A stretch of 64,000 nucleotides of DNA from Octopus vulgaris (lineage: Eukaryota), in assembly GCA_951406725.2 (NCBI GenBank), contig OX597816.1:82832001-82896000 (forward strand), read 5' to 3'. Position 1 is the first letter of the stretch; every line of letters starts with the position of its first letter. Below, piece after piece: positions 29,686 through 42,172 of the stretch. The notes beneath the pieces are model-generated. The model saw only the letters and a program-made list of their open reading frames with translations. It had not been told where the DNA came from and did no database searches. Both the position numbers and the translations under genes were made by a program.

Positions 29686-31514
29686 TAACTACAGATGTGT
29701 ACCCCACCGACTTTGTTGCTTATAACTTCCAGAAAAATGGATACATTTTAACGAAATTTTCAACAAATACCGCTTAGATGCTGTGGATTAAGAGTATATA
29801 GGAATTTATGGGAAAGAATTTTATTGATGGGGTGAGGAGGGGAGTTTCAGAACATTCACACGATCCGACTTTTTTCCCTCATAACTTTCAGGAAAATGGA
29901 TATATTTTAATGAAATTTTATACAAATACCTTTCAAACGGCATAGATTATATTATGATGAAAGTTGTGGGGAAATTTTGTTTCCGAGCGGGGGCGTGGAG
30001 AGGAGTTTCAGATCAGGAAGACCAAATAAGTTGGGACTACTTCGTTTTGATGGGGAGTCTTCCCATTTTTTAAAAATGTTAACAAAGCCTTCGAAATGAT
30101 GGGTGGGGGTGGGGGGGATATTTTTATGGAAAAGTTTTGAAAATTTTTACCCCTCCCTCCTTCCTCACCATTCCAATCAGGACCGATTTTGACCAATTTC
30201 ATTTAGCTTAAAAACCTCGGGAGGAACCTTTTCGGTAAAAAAAAAAAAAAGAAAATTGTAAATATTTTCAGGGGAAAAAGTGAGCGATTGAAGGGAGATT
30301 TGGCTGTTGTGTCCAGCACATCCCAAAACACCTTCCATTTTCACTCTCACATGTATTGATGTTTTCTCAATATTTTCCTCCCATTGTTCACATTTTATGG
30401 AACGATGATGCCGAACTAACACACACGTGGTCCATTGGTGGAATATAAACAAAAAACAAAAAAAAAACCCCCCAAAAAACATGTAATTTAAATTTTTATC
30501 CCCACATCAATCAAGCGAAGTCGTATGTGTGTGTGTAAGAAAAAGAAAAAAAAACATTTTCTAACAGTAAAGTATGCTATTAAAATGAATTATCTTTTGC
30601 ATACCTCTTTTTAAAAGTCACTGTGGATAAATGCCTGCGATGACCTCAGGCTCTCCAATATTTTAAATTATAGACAGAAACAATCGGTTGCAAAAAAAAA
30701 AAAAAAAAAAAAAATCATAATTTTCAAATTAGTTTTTATAGCATATAAATGTATTTATGGGAAGAAAAAGATTGGTAAATATCAATACATTCGAGAGTGA
30801 GAAAGAAACGAGGAGAGTTGTCTTAGGATGTGCTAGGAACAACATCCAAATTTCCCTTCAATCACTCACTTTTTCCACTGAAAATATAAACAATTTTAAA
30901 AATAGTTTTTTACCGAAAAGTTTCGTCCCATGGTTTTGAAATGATAAAAAAAAAATGGCCAAAATCGATCAGGAGTGGGATGATGAGTAGAGGTTGTATA
31001 AAAAAAAAATTTCAAAGTTTTTTGTCATATAAAGATGCCACCCACCACCATCATTTCCAAGGCTATGGTTAAAAAAATGTAAAAAAAATCCCCCGTCAAA
31101 ACGCAGTAGTTCCGAGCCTATACTGGCCGAACCCTATCAAAATTAAAGTTATTTGATCTTCCTGATCGAAAATTCTGTTTTTCCGAAACTCCTCTCCCCA
31201 CCCCCTCGGAAAAATTTCCCCACAAATTTCTTTATAATCGTAATCTATGCCGCTTGAAAGGTATTTGTATAAAATTTCATTAAAAGATATCCATTTTCCT
31301 GAAAGTTATGAGGGAAAAAAGTCGGATCGTGTGAATGTTCTGAAACTCCCCTCCTCACCCCCTGAAAAAAATTATTTCCCATAAATCCCTATATACTCTT
31401 AATCCACAGCATCTAAGCGGTATTCGTTGAAAATTTCGTTAAAATGTATCCATTTTTCTGGAAGTTTTGAGGCAACAAAGACGGGTGGGAAGTGGGGGTA
31501 CACATCTGTAGCTA
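29686..31514. mobile_element. Foldback-like element / long inverted repeat
   Basis: Arms ~29686-30384 and ~30757-31514 are reverse complements (e.g. cgcttagatgctgtggattaagagtatatagg / cctatatactcttaatccacagcatctaagcg); ~370-bp spacer. Confidence 0.85.
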
Positions 31515-32064
31515 AACCTCGGTTTCATTCTTGTTCGTTCCGAGTAGAAATCTTTAATAAACGTCGATCCTTCATAATTAGTGTTGGTAAAATAATTAAC
31601 AAACCGAAAAGATCCCAACAGGGGTTGATTTAAGACCCCTGCTAATGGAAAAAGGCGGTAGGTAAAAGGTGTAGGTGAAATGTTCGCTTCACAATAACGT
31701 GGTTTTTTTTTTAGATCCAGTCCCTTGCATGACACCTTGCACGGACGAAATTTGGTAGACGGAAATTGCATGCTAACGCGACCCTGTACTTTTGGTGTAA
31801 AACTTCATCCGTCGTCCAGTTTAACATCATCTGGATTTTGTGTGATAAAAGAAAAAGAAAAAGAAGTCATTTATTTTTAGAGTACTGTTAACTCTGTTGC
31901 AAATGTTCGATCTGGGAATGACTTTTCTTCTCACCAATCTCAGTTGCTTGGAAAAAAACACCGCAGGCACTGTCATTCCTCTCCTGACCATGTCATGTAA
32001 TAACAAATAACCAAAATAAAATATAGATATATAAATAAAATAAAATAAAATAAAGATATATAAA

Positions 32065-32101
<37 letters not shown>

Positions 32102-32842
32102 GTTATATTTCGGAATGGTCATATTGCCAGTTTAGCCAATAAATCTTGCACAAGAAATATTTAAACGTACTAATATATATATAATATTATATATATAATA
32201 AATAACTTTATGTATATATATATATATGAAATTTACAGAAAAACAACAAAAAATCATTAATTTAAATTTGTAGTTTGGTTTACGAACAGATATATTATTA
32301 AAAAAATAGGCGTTTAAATTCTACAATAAATTTTTCATGAAAATTTTATATGTTACGAAGAATTATAAACTGCTTCAGTTCTGTAAAAGTGATCTGTCCC
32401 TCTTCCCTACCCCTAGCCAAATCTAGGTGGCTTATACCACTGACTATTAACCTATGTTTCCGCAGGCATTATTTGAATTAGGTGAAGGACGAGACGAATC
32501 TACTTCAGGACAGGGTGGTATTGGAGTACACACAAAAATTTCTAAAGGTCATGGCACCTATTCCCTGACTGGTAAGCTAATATCGAGATGCGTAGAATAA
32601 TGTTTAGCAGCGAGGTTTATCTTTCCTAAGGTCGTAAGTCTATGAAGAAGGGGAGATAATCCTTACCACAAAAGAAGAGGTAAAATTTGTAAGGGATATA
32701 ACTAATATTGATACCGGTCAAGTTTCGTTGCATGTAAACCATAAATCAACTGAAATATTATTTTAACAAAGAAGAAAATTTACTTCGTAAAATCTCCTCA
32801 CGGGAAAGAGAAAGCGGAGTGTATGGAAAGTAACCCCAAAGA

Positions 32843-33325
32843 ATGGTTACCGTTAAAGAAAAACTATTTCAAAACAGTTGGAGGAAAATGGTTTCCTGGC
32901 TATGTAAAGTTCGCGTTTTAAAATTATTTCTATTTTTCGTTTTGGTCCTTGTGATTTTTATCAACTTAGGTCAGTTTCTGAGGCGTTATATGCCTAGATC
33001 GGTAAACAACGTGATAAATAGCCCCCTTCTCAGGGAAGGCACTACTTATATCAATGTTGGTCATATGAGTGTGGACCTCTTAACATCCACGCTTACCTTT
33101 ACTGATCCTCTTTGGGTTCCTGACCCGGCAGCCGCGGCGGCAGACGCAGCGGAGATGGCGGCCGAAGGAGAAGAAGACGAAATTGGCGATGGTAATTATT
33201 TAAAAGGAACATTTCCGACTTCTGTCAAAGACCACGCTCACCAAGTTAAGGAGTGCGATTCCTATGACCCCGGAGATAGCACAGCATCATTTTGTCGACA
33301 ATTTGGGACCCACGTTCAACTTCAA
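32843..33325 (+). CDS. MYORG: MYORG/KIAA1161-like GH31 glycosidase, coding exon 1 (short cytosolic tail, type II transmembrane helix, start of lumenal domain)
   Basis: ATG at 32843; hydrophobic segment VLKLFLFFVLVLVIFINLGQFL; phase-0 donor caa|gtaata after 33325 joins exon 2 in frame (HVQLQ|VTESKK). The start codon is inferred; a possible upstream acceptor (ttccgcag, ~32465) suggests a 5' UTR intron. Confidence 0.8.
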
Positions 33326-35212
33326 GTAATATATTCTTCTTCTTCTTCTTCTTCTTCTCATTGGGTCAATCACATCTCTGTTAAAACTTTAGTGAAAATT
33401 ACAGAAGACACCCTTTAAAATATATATTGTTGTGCTAAAGCTATGATCAAAGATATTTCAGCCATGACCATCTCGTTGTATATCTAGAACTTCGAAATAT
33501 ATGTTTGTTAAAAAAGCAAAACCAAAATAACCCTCCCTCAATTTATCGTTTAGTAAGAGGAGTTTAACTGTAGTCATAGCTTTTAGAGCCCCCATTATTG
33601 GTGGCAAGCAGTGAAGGCAGGAGACCCAGCTTGAATATTTACAACAGTGGACTCAGCTTACTGTATTCGTGTGTCCTGATGGTGTTAAACTGTACACTGA
33701 ATTAAGTCTACTTGGCAAAATTTGAGTGGGATCTTCCACCATAAAATGTTTAGCCACTAGATCATCTCCGAGCAAGTAGATTTATAATCCAAAGGGTTCC
33801 ATAGTGCATCTAAGACTACATTATCCAATGTATCTTTTCATCATTTAGCCAGAAGTATGTAATTTAAGGAGGATTTGGCTGCTATTTCTAGTAGGTCTTA
33901 CGACCATGTATATGCTCATATGCTGTTAAGTTGTTACTATTGAAAGCTATTATTAGCTTTTTCTTCTTCTTTTGAATTAAGTATGACTGTTATATTCTTG
34001 TAATTTAATTACTATATTCCTAAGTTATTAATATAAGTTAGGAAAAATATCCCAAAATATTGAGTGTTCTGCATCCTAAATATAAATATGAAGGTAGAAG
34101 GGTCTCATGTTTGTAATATAGTGAACTGAAAAACACTGTGACTAGATTATTTGAGTAAGATAATTGATCTTAAATTCTTGTTTAGTCCCTGAGACCAACC
34201 CTAATCAATCAAACTTGTAATCAGATGTGTTCCAGCTCTGACCATTCTTTTCTTTCAAGTATAATGTTTCTGTCACTACATCAGCCTATGAATGCCTTTT
34301 TTTTTCAGATAGTAAGATGTATGTGGGATTTGGTTGCTAGTTTTTGTAGGTTAAGCAATTGTATAGATGATTCTTTCAATAACTTAGATTCTTGTGTATA
34401 CCTGCTGTGAAAGATTTTAGCAGCTAGATAATAGAAAAGTGTAAGATTTATTGGATTTTGAATTGTTAACTTAGTTGATAGGCAGAGTGCAGCTGAGCCA
34501 AAGAAGTGGTTGGCTAACAAAACCATCAACTGATGTGGGTAACTGAGGCATCTGTACTAAAATGGACACAACACAAATGATCAACACAAGATGACATATG
34601 CTGACAGTGTAAAGTACCTGTGGTAGAAGATCAAAGGAAACCTAAATAGAGATGGTGAGGTAGGATTTTAGGATACAGGGCCTCATAGACCTGAAGGACC
34701 GACCGACATGAATGTGAAGAATAGTGATATGTTTTATTGCTGTTCTCTTCAGTTTATTCTTATATAAAAGATATGATGATGGTGGTGTCGGTTGTCACTG
34801 AAAGGCATCCTGTGTAGTAGGTGGTATGTGATGTTGAGGCCTACTGCATTTGAGAGACAGCTTCATAATTTCATTGGACCATCATATTGTCATGGGTTTT
34901 GTATGCCACTGGTAATTTTAATTCAGTATTTCTTACTGACAAATTACTAATTATCCAGTGCCCAAATTACAATGTAGATGAATAAGTCTGAGTAAGACTG
35001 TAATAAGTATTACAGCATAGCTCCAGTGTTGACATGTGGATTATTGACTCTTTTGCTTGTGGATTGATATTCTAATGACTCTCATTAGAGTAGCCCTATT
35101 TCTTCAACAGTATAAAGAACAGCAACTGAAATGATTCTAGCTGATAATATAGAAAGATGTTTTCAAAGTTTTTATTGCAAACTGTATAAATAAACATTTA
35201 ACAAGTAACAAG

Positions 35213-36590
35213 CATCATCATCATCATCATCATCGTTTAATATCTGCTTTCTATGCTAGCATGGGTTGGATGATTTGACTGAAGACTGGTGAACCAGATG
35301 GTTGCACCAGGTTCCAATCTGATCTGGCAGAGTTTCTACAGCTAGATGCCCTTCCTAACGTCAACCACTCCAAGAGTGTAGTGGGTGCTTTTACGTGCCA
35401 CCAGCACGAGGGCCAGTCAGGCGGTACTGGCAACAGCCATGCTCAAATGGTGTTTTTTACATGCCACTTGCATAGGAGCCAGTCCAGCAGCACTGGCATC
35501 GACCTCGCTTGAATATTTTTTCATGTGGCACTGGCACAAGTGCTAGTAAGGCAGCGCTGGTAATGATCATGCTTGAATAGTGCTTTTTGCGTGCCACCGG
35601 CACAGAAGCCAGTCAGCTGCTCTGGCAACAATCCTGCTAAGATGGTGCTCTTAGCACTCCAATAGTGCAGATGCCACTCAATGAATTTGATTTTGATTTC
35701 ACTTGCCTCAACAGGTCTTCGCAAGCAGAGTTTAGTGTCCAATGAAGGAAAGGTACACATAAGTGGGCTGGTTACATCCCTGCCATAGGCCACGGGTTAT
35801 GGTCTCACTTGGCTTGCCGGGCCTTCTCAAGTACAGCATATTTCCAAAGGTCTTGGTCACTAGTCATTGCCTCGGTAAGGCCTAATGTTCAAAGGTTGTG
35901 CTTCACCACCTCATCCCCAGGTCTTCCTGGGTCTATCACTTCCACAAGTTCCCTCAACCGCTAGGGTGTGGCACTTTTTTACACAGCTATTCTCATCCAT
36001 TCTTGCCACATGACCATACCAGCGCAGTCGTCTCTCTTGCACACAACATCTGATGCTTCTTAGGTCTAACTTTACTCTCAAGGTCGAGTATGCACACTGA
36101 CATTACACATCCATTGGAGCATACTGACTTCATTCCTTGCAAGCTTACACATGTCCTCAGCTTTCACGGCCCATGTTTCACTGCCATGTAGCATGGCTCT
36201 TCGTACACATGCGTCATACAGATTACCTTTTACTCTGAGCGAGAGGTACTTTGTCACCAGCAGAGGTAAGAGCTCTCTGAACTTTGCCCAGGTTATTCTT
36301 ATTCCAGCAGCTGCACTTTCAGTGCACCCACCCCTGCTACAGAGTTGGTCACCTAGGTAACGGAAGCAATCAACTACTTCTAGTTTTTCTCCCTGGAATG
36401 TGGAAGAAGTTGTTCTCTGCACATTTTCAGTGTTTATTGCTCCTGAGTATCTGCCACATACAAAAACTATCTTCCCAGTTAGCCTTCCTTTGATATTGCT
36501 GCACCTCTTATGTGTCCCTAGCTTACACTGGGTACAACTTACAGAATTTCACCAACAATGTAAACCTATCACATTTCTACTGCCTTAGCA
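35213..36590 (-). mobile_element. Older, 5'-truncated copy of the same RTE family
   Basis: ORF 36078-36422 closely matches the intact RTE (FQGEKLEVVDCFRYLG...MLHGSETWAV), with frameshifts; same 3' UTR and (CAT)n tail on the + strand. Confidence 0.9.
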
Positions 36591-37486
36591 CATCTCCATA
36601 AAATATTTCCACTGACTCATGGCTGTAAAATGCTTGTCATATGCAAGTTAACAAGAACCTTAAGATTATTAAAGGAGGGTACATGGAAGCTATTATGCTA
36701 TGAGAAATGAGGAGGATCAAGTCTCTTGGAGTTGTGTGACTTAAACGAGAGTAATATGGTAGTGGAATGGTTTGGTAATTAGATATGTGAAAAGCTAAGA
36801 GATAGGAAGAAATGAAGGAGCTGGGAACAGTTTCAAGTAACTAGAAGAGAATCTTGATGTCAGGTATATGTTGCATAGAAGGAAGCCGAAAGTAAGAGAT
36901 TTGTAAATGTTCTGTGACAAGGTGATCAAAGATGTGAGGTGTTATGGATTGCAAAGTAGAGTGTCAATGCAAATCAGGATGAAGTTAGAAAGATTGTGTT
37001 TGGAATGACAGTGGTACGCTTAGTGACACTGAGAAGAAAGGTACTTGGAAGTGTTAGTACAATAAGTTACTGAATAAAGAGAATGTGTGGGAGAAAGTGT
37101 TACTACCACAAGTAAACTCAACTGAGGGAGCAACTATCAAAATTGACAGCTATTTTTGTTGAAAGTGCAACTAGAGGTATAAAGACAGGTAATAGCTGGC
37201 CCTTTGGGAATAGTCACTGAAATGTTGAAAATATCTGGCATGAGTGCTTTTAAGTGGCACCAGCACAAGTGCTTTTTACCTGATACTGGCACATAAATAT
37301 ATAGGTGTGTGTGCATGCTGATCTTTTATGAAGATTTTGTGTACTAAGTCCATATACAAGGCTATGATAGAAGACAGTTGTCATGCAGTGACGCTTTGAG
37401 CAAATATCTACAAATATAGCCTGAAATGACATGCTTTTAAAGTAAACTCCTTATTTACGCTGTCATATCTTTTCCTAATGGCGATA

Positions 37487-40400
37487 TCATCATCATCATC
37501 ATCATCATCATCGTTTAGCGTCCGTTTTCCATGCTAGCATGGGTTGGACGGTTCTACTGGGGTCTGTGAAGCCAGAAGGCTTCATCAGGCCCAGTCAAAT
37601 CTGGCAGTGTTTCTACGGCTGGATGCCCTTCCTAACGCCAACCACTCCGTGAGTGTAGTGGGTGCTTTTTACGTGCCACCCGCACTGGTGCCAGACAGAG
37701 CTGGCAAACGGCCACGAACGGATGGTGCTTTTTATGTGCCACCGGCACGAGGGCCAGGCGAGGCTGGCAACGGACACGAAACGGGGCGGTGCTGGCAACG
37801 GTCGCGAAACGGAAAGTTCTCTTACATGCCACCGGCACTGGTAACACATCTGCAATTTCCATTGATCGATTTCCATTCTGATCGTCACTTGCCTCAATGG
37901 GTCTTCACAAGCAGAGTTTTGACATGCCACCGGCACTGGTAGCACATCCGCAATTTCCATTGATCGATTTCGATTCTGATCCTCACTTGCCTCATCACGT
38001 CTTCACAAGTAGAGTTTTGTGTCCCAAGAAGGGAAGGTATGCATACGTAGGCTGGCTCCATCCCATGTAGAAGGCCACGGGTTATGGACTCACTTGTCCT
38101 GCCGGGTCTTCTCGCGCACAGCACACTTCCAGAGGTCTCGGTCTCTAGTCATTTCCTCAGTGAGACCTAAAGTTCGAAGGTCGTGCTTCACCACCTCGTC
38201 CCAGGTTTTCCTGGGTCTGCCTCTTCCACAGGTTCCCTCAACCGCTAGGGTGTGGCACTTTTTCACACAACTATCTTCATCCATTCTCGCCACATGACCA
38301 TACCAGCGCAAACGTCTCTCTTGCACACCACAACTGATGCTTCTTAGGTCCAGCTTTTCTCTCAAGGTACTTACACTCTGCCGAGTGTGAGTACCGGCAT
38401 TACACATCCATTGGAGCATACTGGCTTCATTTCTAGTGAGCTTACGCATATCCTCAGCAGTCACGGCCCATGTTTCACTGCCATGTAGCATGGCTGTTCG
38501 TACACACGCATCATACAGTCTGCCTTTCACTCTGTGCGAGAGGCCTTTTGTCACCAGCAGAGGTAAGAGCTCTCTGAACTTTGCCCAAGCTATTCTTACT
38601 CTAGCAGTTACACTTTCAGCACACCCGCCCCCGCTGCTGACTTGGTCACCTAGGTAACGGAAACTATCAACTATTTCTAGTTTTTCTCCCTGGAAAGTGA
38701 CGGAAGTTGGTCTCAGAGCATTTTCAGTGTTTATTGTTCCTGAGCATCTGCCACATACAAAAACCATCTTCCTAGTTAGCCTTCCTTTGACATTGCTGCA
38801 TCTCTTATGTGTCCATAGCTTACACTTGGTGCATCTTATAGAGTTTCTACCTACACCTTTTCTACAGATCGAGCAGGGCCATCTACCTGAAGGTGTTTGT
38901 GATTTGTCTACCTTCCTACTGATTACGACTTTGGTTTTAGCTAGATTGACTCTGAGGCCCTTCGATTCTAATCCTTGTTTCCACACCTGAAACCTCTCCT
39001 CCAGTTCTGATAGCGACTCAGCAATTAGAGCAAGGTCATCAGCATAGAGGAGCTCCCAAGGGCATCCTGTCTTGAATTCCTCCGTTATTGCCTGGAGGAC
39101 TATGATAAATAGGAGGGGGCTGAGTACTGAGCCTTGGTGGACTCCTACCTCTACCCGGAATTCTTCACTGTACACATTTCCAACCCTCACCCTACTAGCG
39201 GCATCCCTGTACATGGCCCGCACAGCTCTCACTAACCATTCATCTATCCCTAGCTTCCTCATTGCCCACCAGATAAGGGATCGGGGGACCCTGTCGAAGG
39301 CTTTCTCCATGTCAACAAAAGCCAGGTACAGGGGCTTATCTTTGGCTAGGTATTTCTCCTGCAGCTGCCTTACCAGGAATATAGCATCAGTAGTACTTTT
39401 CCCTGGCACAAACCCAAACTGCATCTCATCTAAGCTAACTCTCTCTCTAATTAGTTGGGCTATGACCCTCTCCGTAACCTTCATCACCTGGTCCAACAGC
39501 TTGATACCTCTGTAGTTATTTGTATCTAGGGCATCACCTTTACCTTTGTAGCAGTTGACTATTATACTGCTACACCAGTCATTGGGTATGACCCCTTTGT
39601 GTATCACCTGATTAACTATACGGGTGACTAGGCTATAGCCGACACTACCAGACATTTTGAGCATCTCTGCAGTGATTCCTGATGGGCCTGGGGCTTTCCC
39701 TGTCTTCATGCTTCTAATTGCCTTAGTTACCACGGAACTATCAACTCGGATAGCTGGTCCCTCTGTTGGGTCAACATTCGGCAGACTCTCTTTATCCCAT
39801 TCATTTTCTTCATTCAGCAACCTTTCATAGTGGCATCTCCAAACCTCTCTCTTTGCATCCTCATTTAGCGCAAGTGAACCATCTTCCATGCGAACACACT
39901 TCTCTCCTACCACATCACGATTCTCTCTCACACACTGTCTTGCAACACGAAACACCTCCAGTCTTTGGTCCTCACGACGCAGAACATTGGCAAATTTTTT
40001 CTTATCTGCTTCCCCTCTGGCTAAATAAACCTGTCTCCTAGCTTCTCTTTTGGCAGTCTGATACAATCCCCTGCTACCCCCATTTTTCCAGACCTTCCAA
40101 GCCTGTCTCTTTTCTCTAATAGCCCTGTCTACAATATTGTTCCACCACCACGTTATTCTAGGTCGAGAGGGGACTTTGCACCAGCCACAGATCTGGTCAG
40201 TGGCTCTCAGCAGGTTGTCCCTTAGAAACGTCCAGCTGTCTTCTACCCCCTGTGATGCTCTATCCCCTTCTACTTCGTCAGAGGCTTCAAGTAATATGTC
40301 CCTAAATCTCTGTCCATTTGCAGGATCTTTAAGCTTCCAGATCCTTCTTCTCCATATTTGTCGTCTTCTGGTTGTCCTCCTAGTCCTGATCCTAAAGTCA

Positions 40401-40667
40401 CTAACTACCAGTCTATGTTGTGGGGTACATTCTTCACCTGGGAAGGTTTTGGCATTTATAAGCAGCCATCTCTCCCTTTGCCTTGTAAGGATGTAGTCAA
40501 TTTGGCTGGTATGTTGGCCCGATTGGTAAGTGACTAGGTGGCTGGTAGGTTTCCTGAAGTTAGTGTTGCAAATCATAAGATTATTTGCATCGCAGAACTC
40601 CAGCAGCCTGGTTCCCTCCTCGTTGCGGGAGCCATAGCCATAGCCTCCATGTACGCCATGGAAGCCC
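37487..40667 (-). mobile_element. RTE-clade non-LTR retrotransposon, 5'-truncated, young, in intron 1 antisense to the gene
   Basis: Stop-free frame 40667-38090 containing the C-terminal half of the AP endonuclease (SQIDYIL, QHRLVV), RT (NYRGIKLL, QFGF, VDMEKAFDRV, GVHQGSVLSP, YADD, FRYLG) and the RTE C-terminus (RLRWYGHVARM, GRPRKTW). Followed by a ~600-bp 3' UTR and a (GAT)n tail. Confidence 0.95.
38090..40667 (-). CDS. RTE ORF2 (partial APE endonuclease + reverse transcriptase with inserted C4HC3 finger); no native start
   Basis: ORF track 859 aa. The first codon is TTG at the truncation point; the frame begins just after where the endonuclease GDFN motif would be. Confidence 0.85.
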
Positions 40668-40709
40668 AATAATAAAAAATATGTTAATTTTTAAAGATAA
40701 GGTCTGTAT

Positions 40710-41900
40710 AATCTTAAAAGGCAAATTCCAGAAGTTTTGAGACTTTTTCAGGCGAGCCTTTAATTTCAAAGAAGCACATAACTCTGAGCTCCTTCAAAGT
40801 AGGATCCTCTGACTTCAATGTACTTGTAGCCCACTAGCCTCTTTGTGAAGGCCCCATGGAAGTCCTCCAAAGGGAAGATGTTCAAGACCGTTGTCACAGC
40901 CTCCTTCATCTTCTCAGTATCTTCAAAACAACTGCCCCTGAGGTTTTCCTTCAACTTGGGGAACTACCAAAAGTTACATGGAGCAAGGTCTGAACTGTAG
41001 GGAGGGTGAAAGATAGTTTTGATGCCCATCTCTGTCAAGTAGTTGGTTAGTAGGATGGAATTATGGACTGATAGAATGTCCTGGTGCAGGGGCCACTGAC
41101 CTGAGTGGAAGGACTCTGGTGACAAAATCTCTTCCTGAACTCCCTCAAAACTCCAGAAAGTACTTTGATGACCCTCTGACCAGAGGGAACCCAGTTGATG
41201 TAGATGATGCCCTTGTCAAAAATGGGAAACATCAGCTTCCCTGTGGACTGGCTTTCTTGGGTCTGGGGAAGCCAGAATGCTTCCTTTGGGTACTCTGTCT
41301 CTTGGTCTTTGGATCATAATGGTTGATCTAGCTTCCATCACAGGTCACCAAGAACTCCAGTACTCTTGGATTGGAGGTAGGGAGCGGGACCATCTCCCTG
41401 CTGTCACCAATGTGTCTTACCTTCTGTTTGTCACTGAGCACCCTGGGAACTAACTTTGCACAGATTTTGCATATGTTCAGATCTTCATGATTAATTCTGT
41501 GCACAAATGTCACACCAACACCAAACTCTGTGCTCATTGTCTTTATAGACACTCACTGGTCTTCATTCAGAAAGCTAAATTTTCTCAACCAGTTCTGACA
41601 TTCTGATGCCTCTTCCTCCCACACTATTCATCATCTCTCACCTCCTCTCTACTGACCTTGATCCTCTTGTACCAGTGAAAAACAAATGCTTGACTCATAC
41701 AAGTTAATCTATAAGCTGTTGAAGCATTTTATAAATTTCTGTAACAGTTTTTCCAAGTTTAACACAAAACTTTTTTGCGTAGCAAGCTTCCAAATTGTCT
41801 TCATGTCCTGGCTGCATTCTGCAAAACTAATCAGCTGCAAACAATAGTGTTTAGTAGAGTGTATTCAAAGTACTGTTATAACCATCTCCTTCAGTTTGGA
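40710..41900 (-). mobile_element. Degenerate mariner transposon (intron 1)
   Basis: VHRINHEDLNICKICAKLVPRVLS, LVTCDGS, FDKGIIYINWVP, PYSSDLAPCNFW. Ends approximate. Confidence 0.8.
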
Positions 41901-42172
41901 ATAAAAAAAAAATGGCAGGTCAGCTTATTAGATGTTTGGTAATGATATACTAAAATTAGAGTAACCTGTAACTAAAATTACAGTAACTGCTTCTCCTAAA
42001 AATAGTCTCAAAACTTTTGTAATAGACCTCAAATATATTATTTCTTTTTGGTAAATTATACTTCTGTCAGATAAAACAGTTATTGAACCTGAAGTGATAA
42101 TATTTCTGTCAACTCTTGAGTCTTTAGTTTCTTTAATTTCGTTTTCCTCTTTCTGTTTATTTTGTATTTTAG

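Noticed and set aside
33326-33418. C-terminal poly-Ser extension of ORF 32843-33418
   Set aside because: Read-through into intron 1 past the GT donor; (TCT)n repeat.
38436-40496. Several + strand ORFs overlapping the RTE
   Set aside because: Antisense shadows of the RT reading frame.
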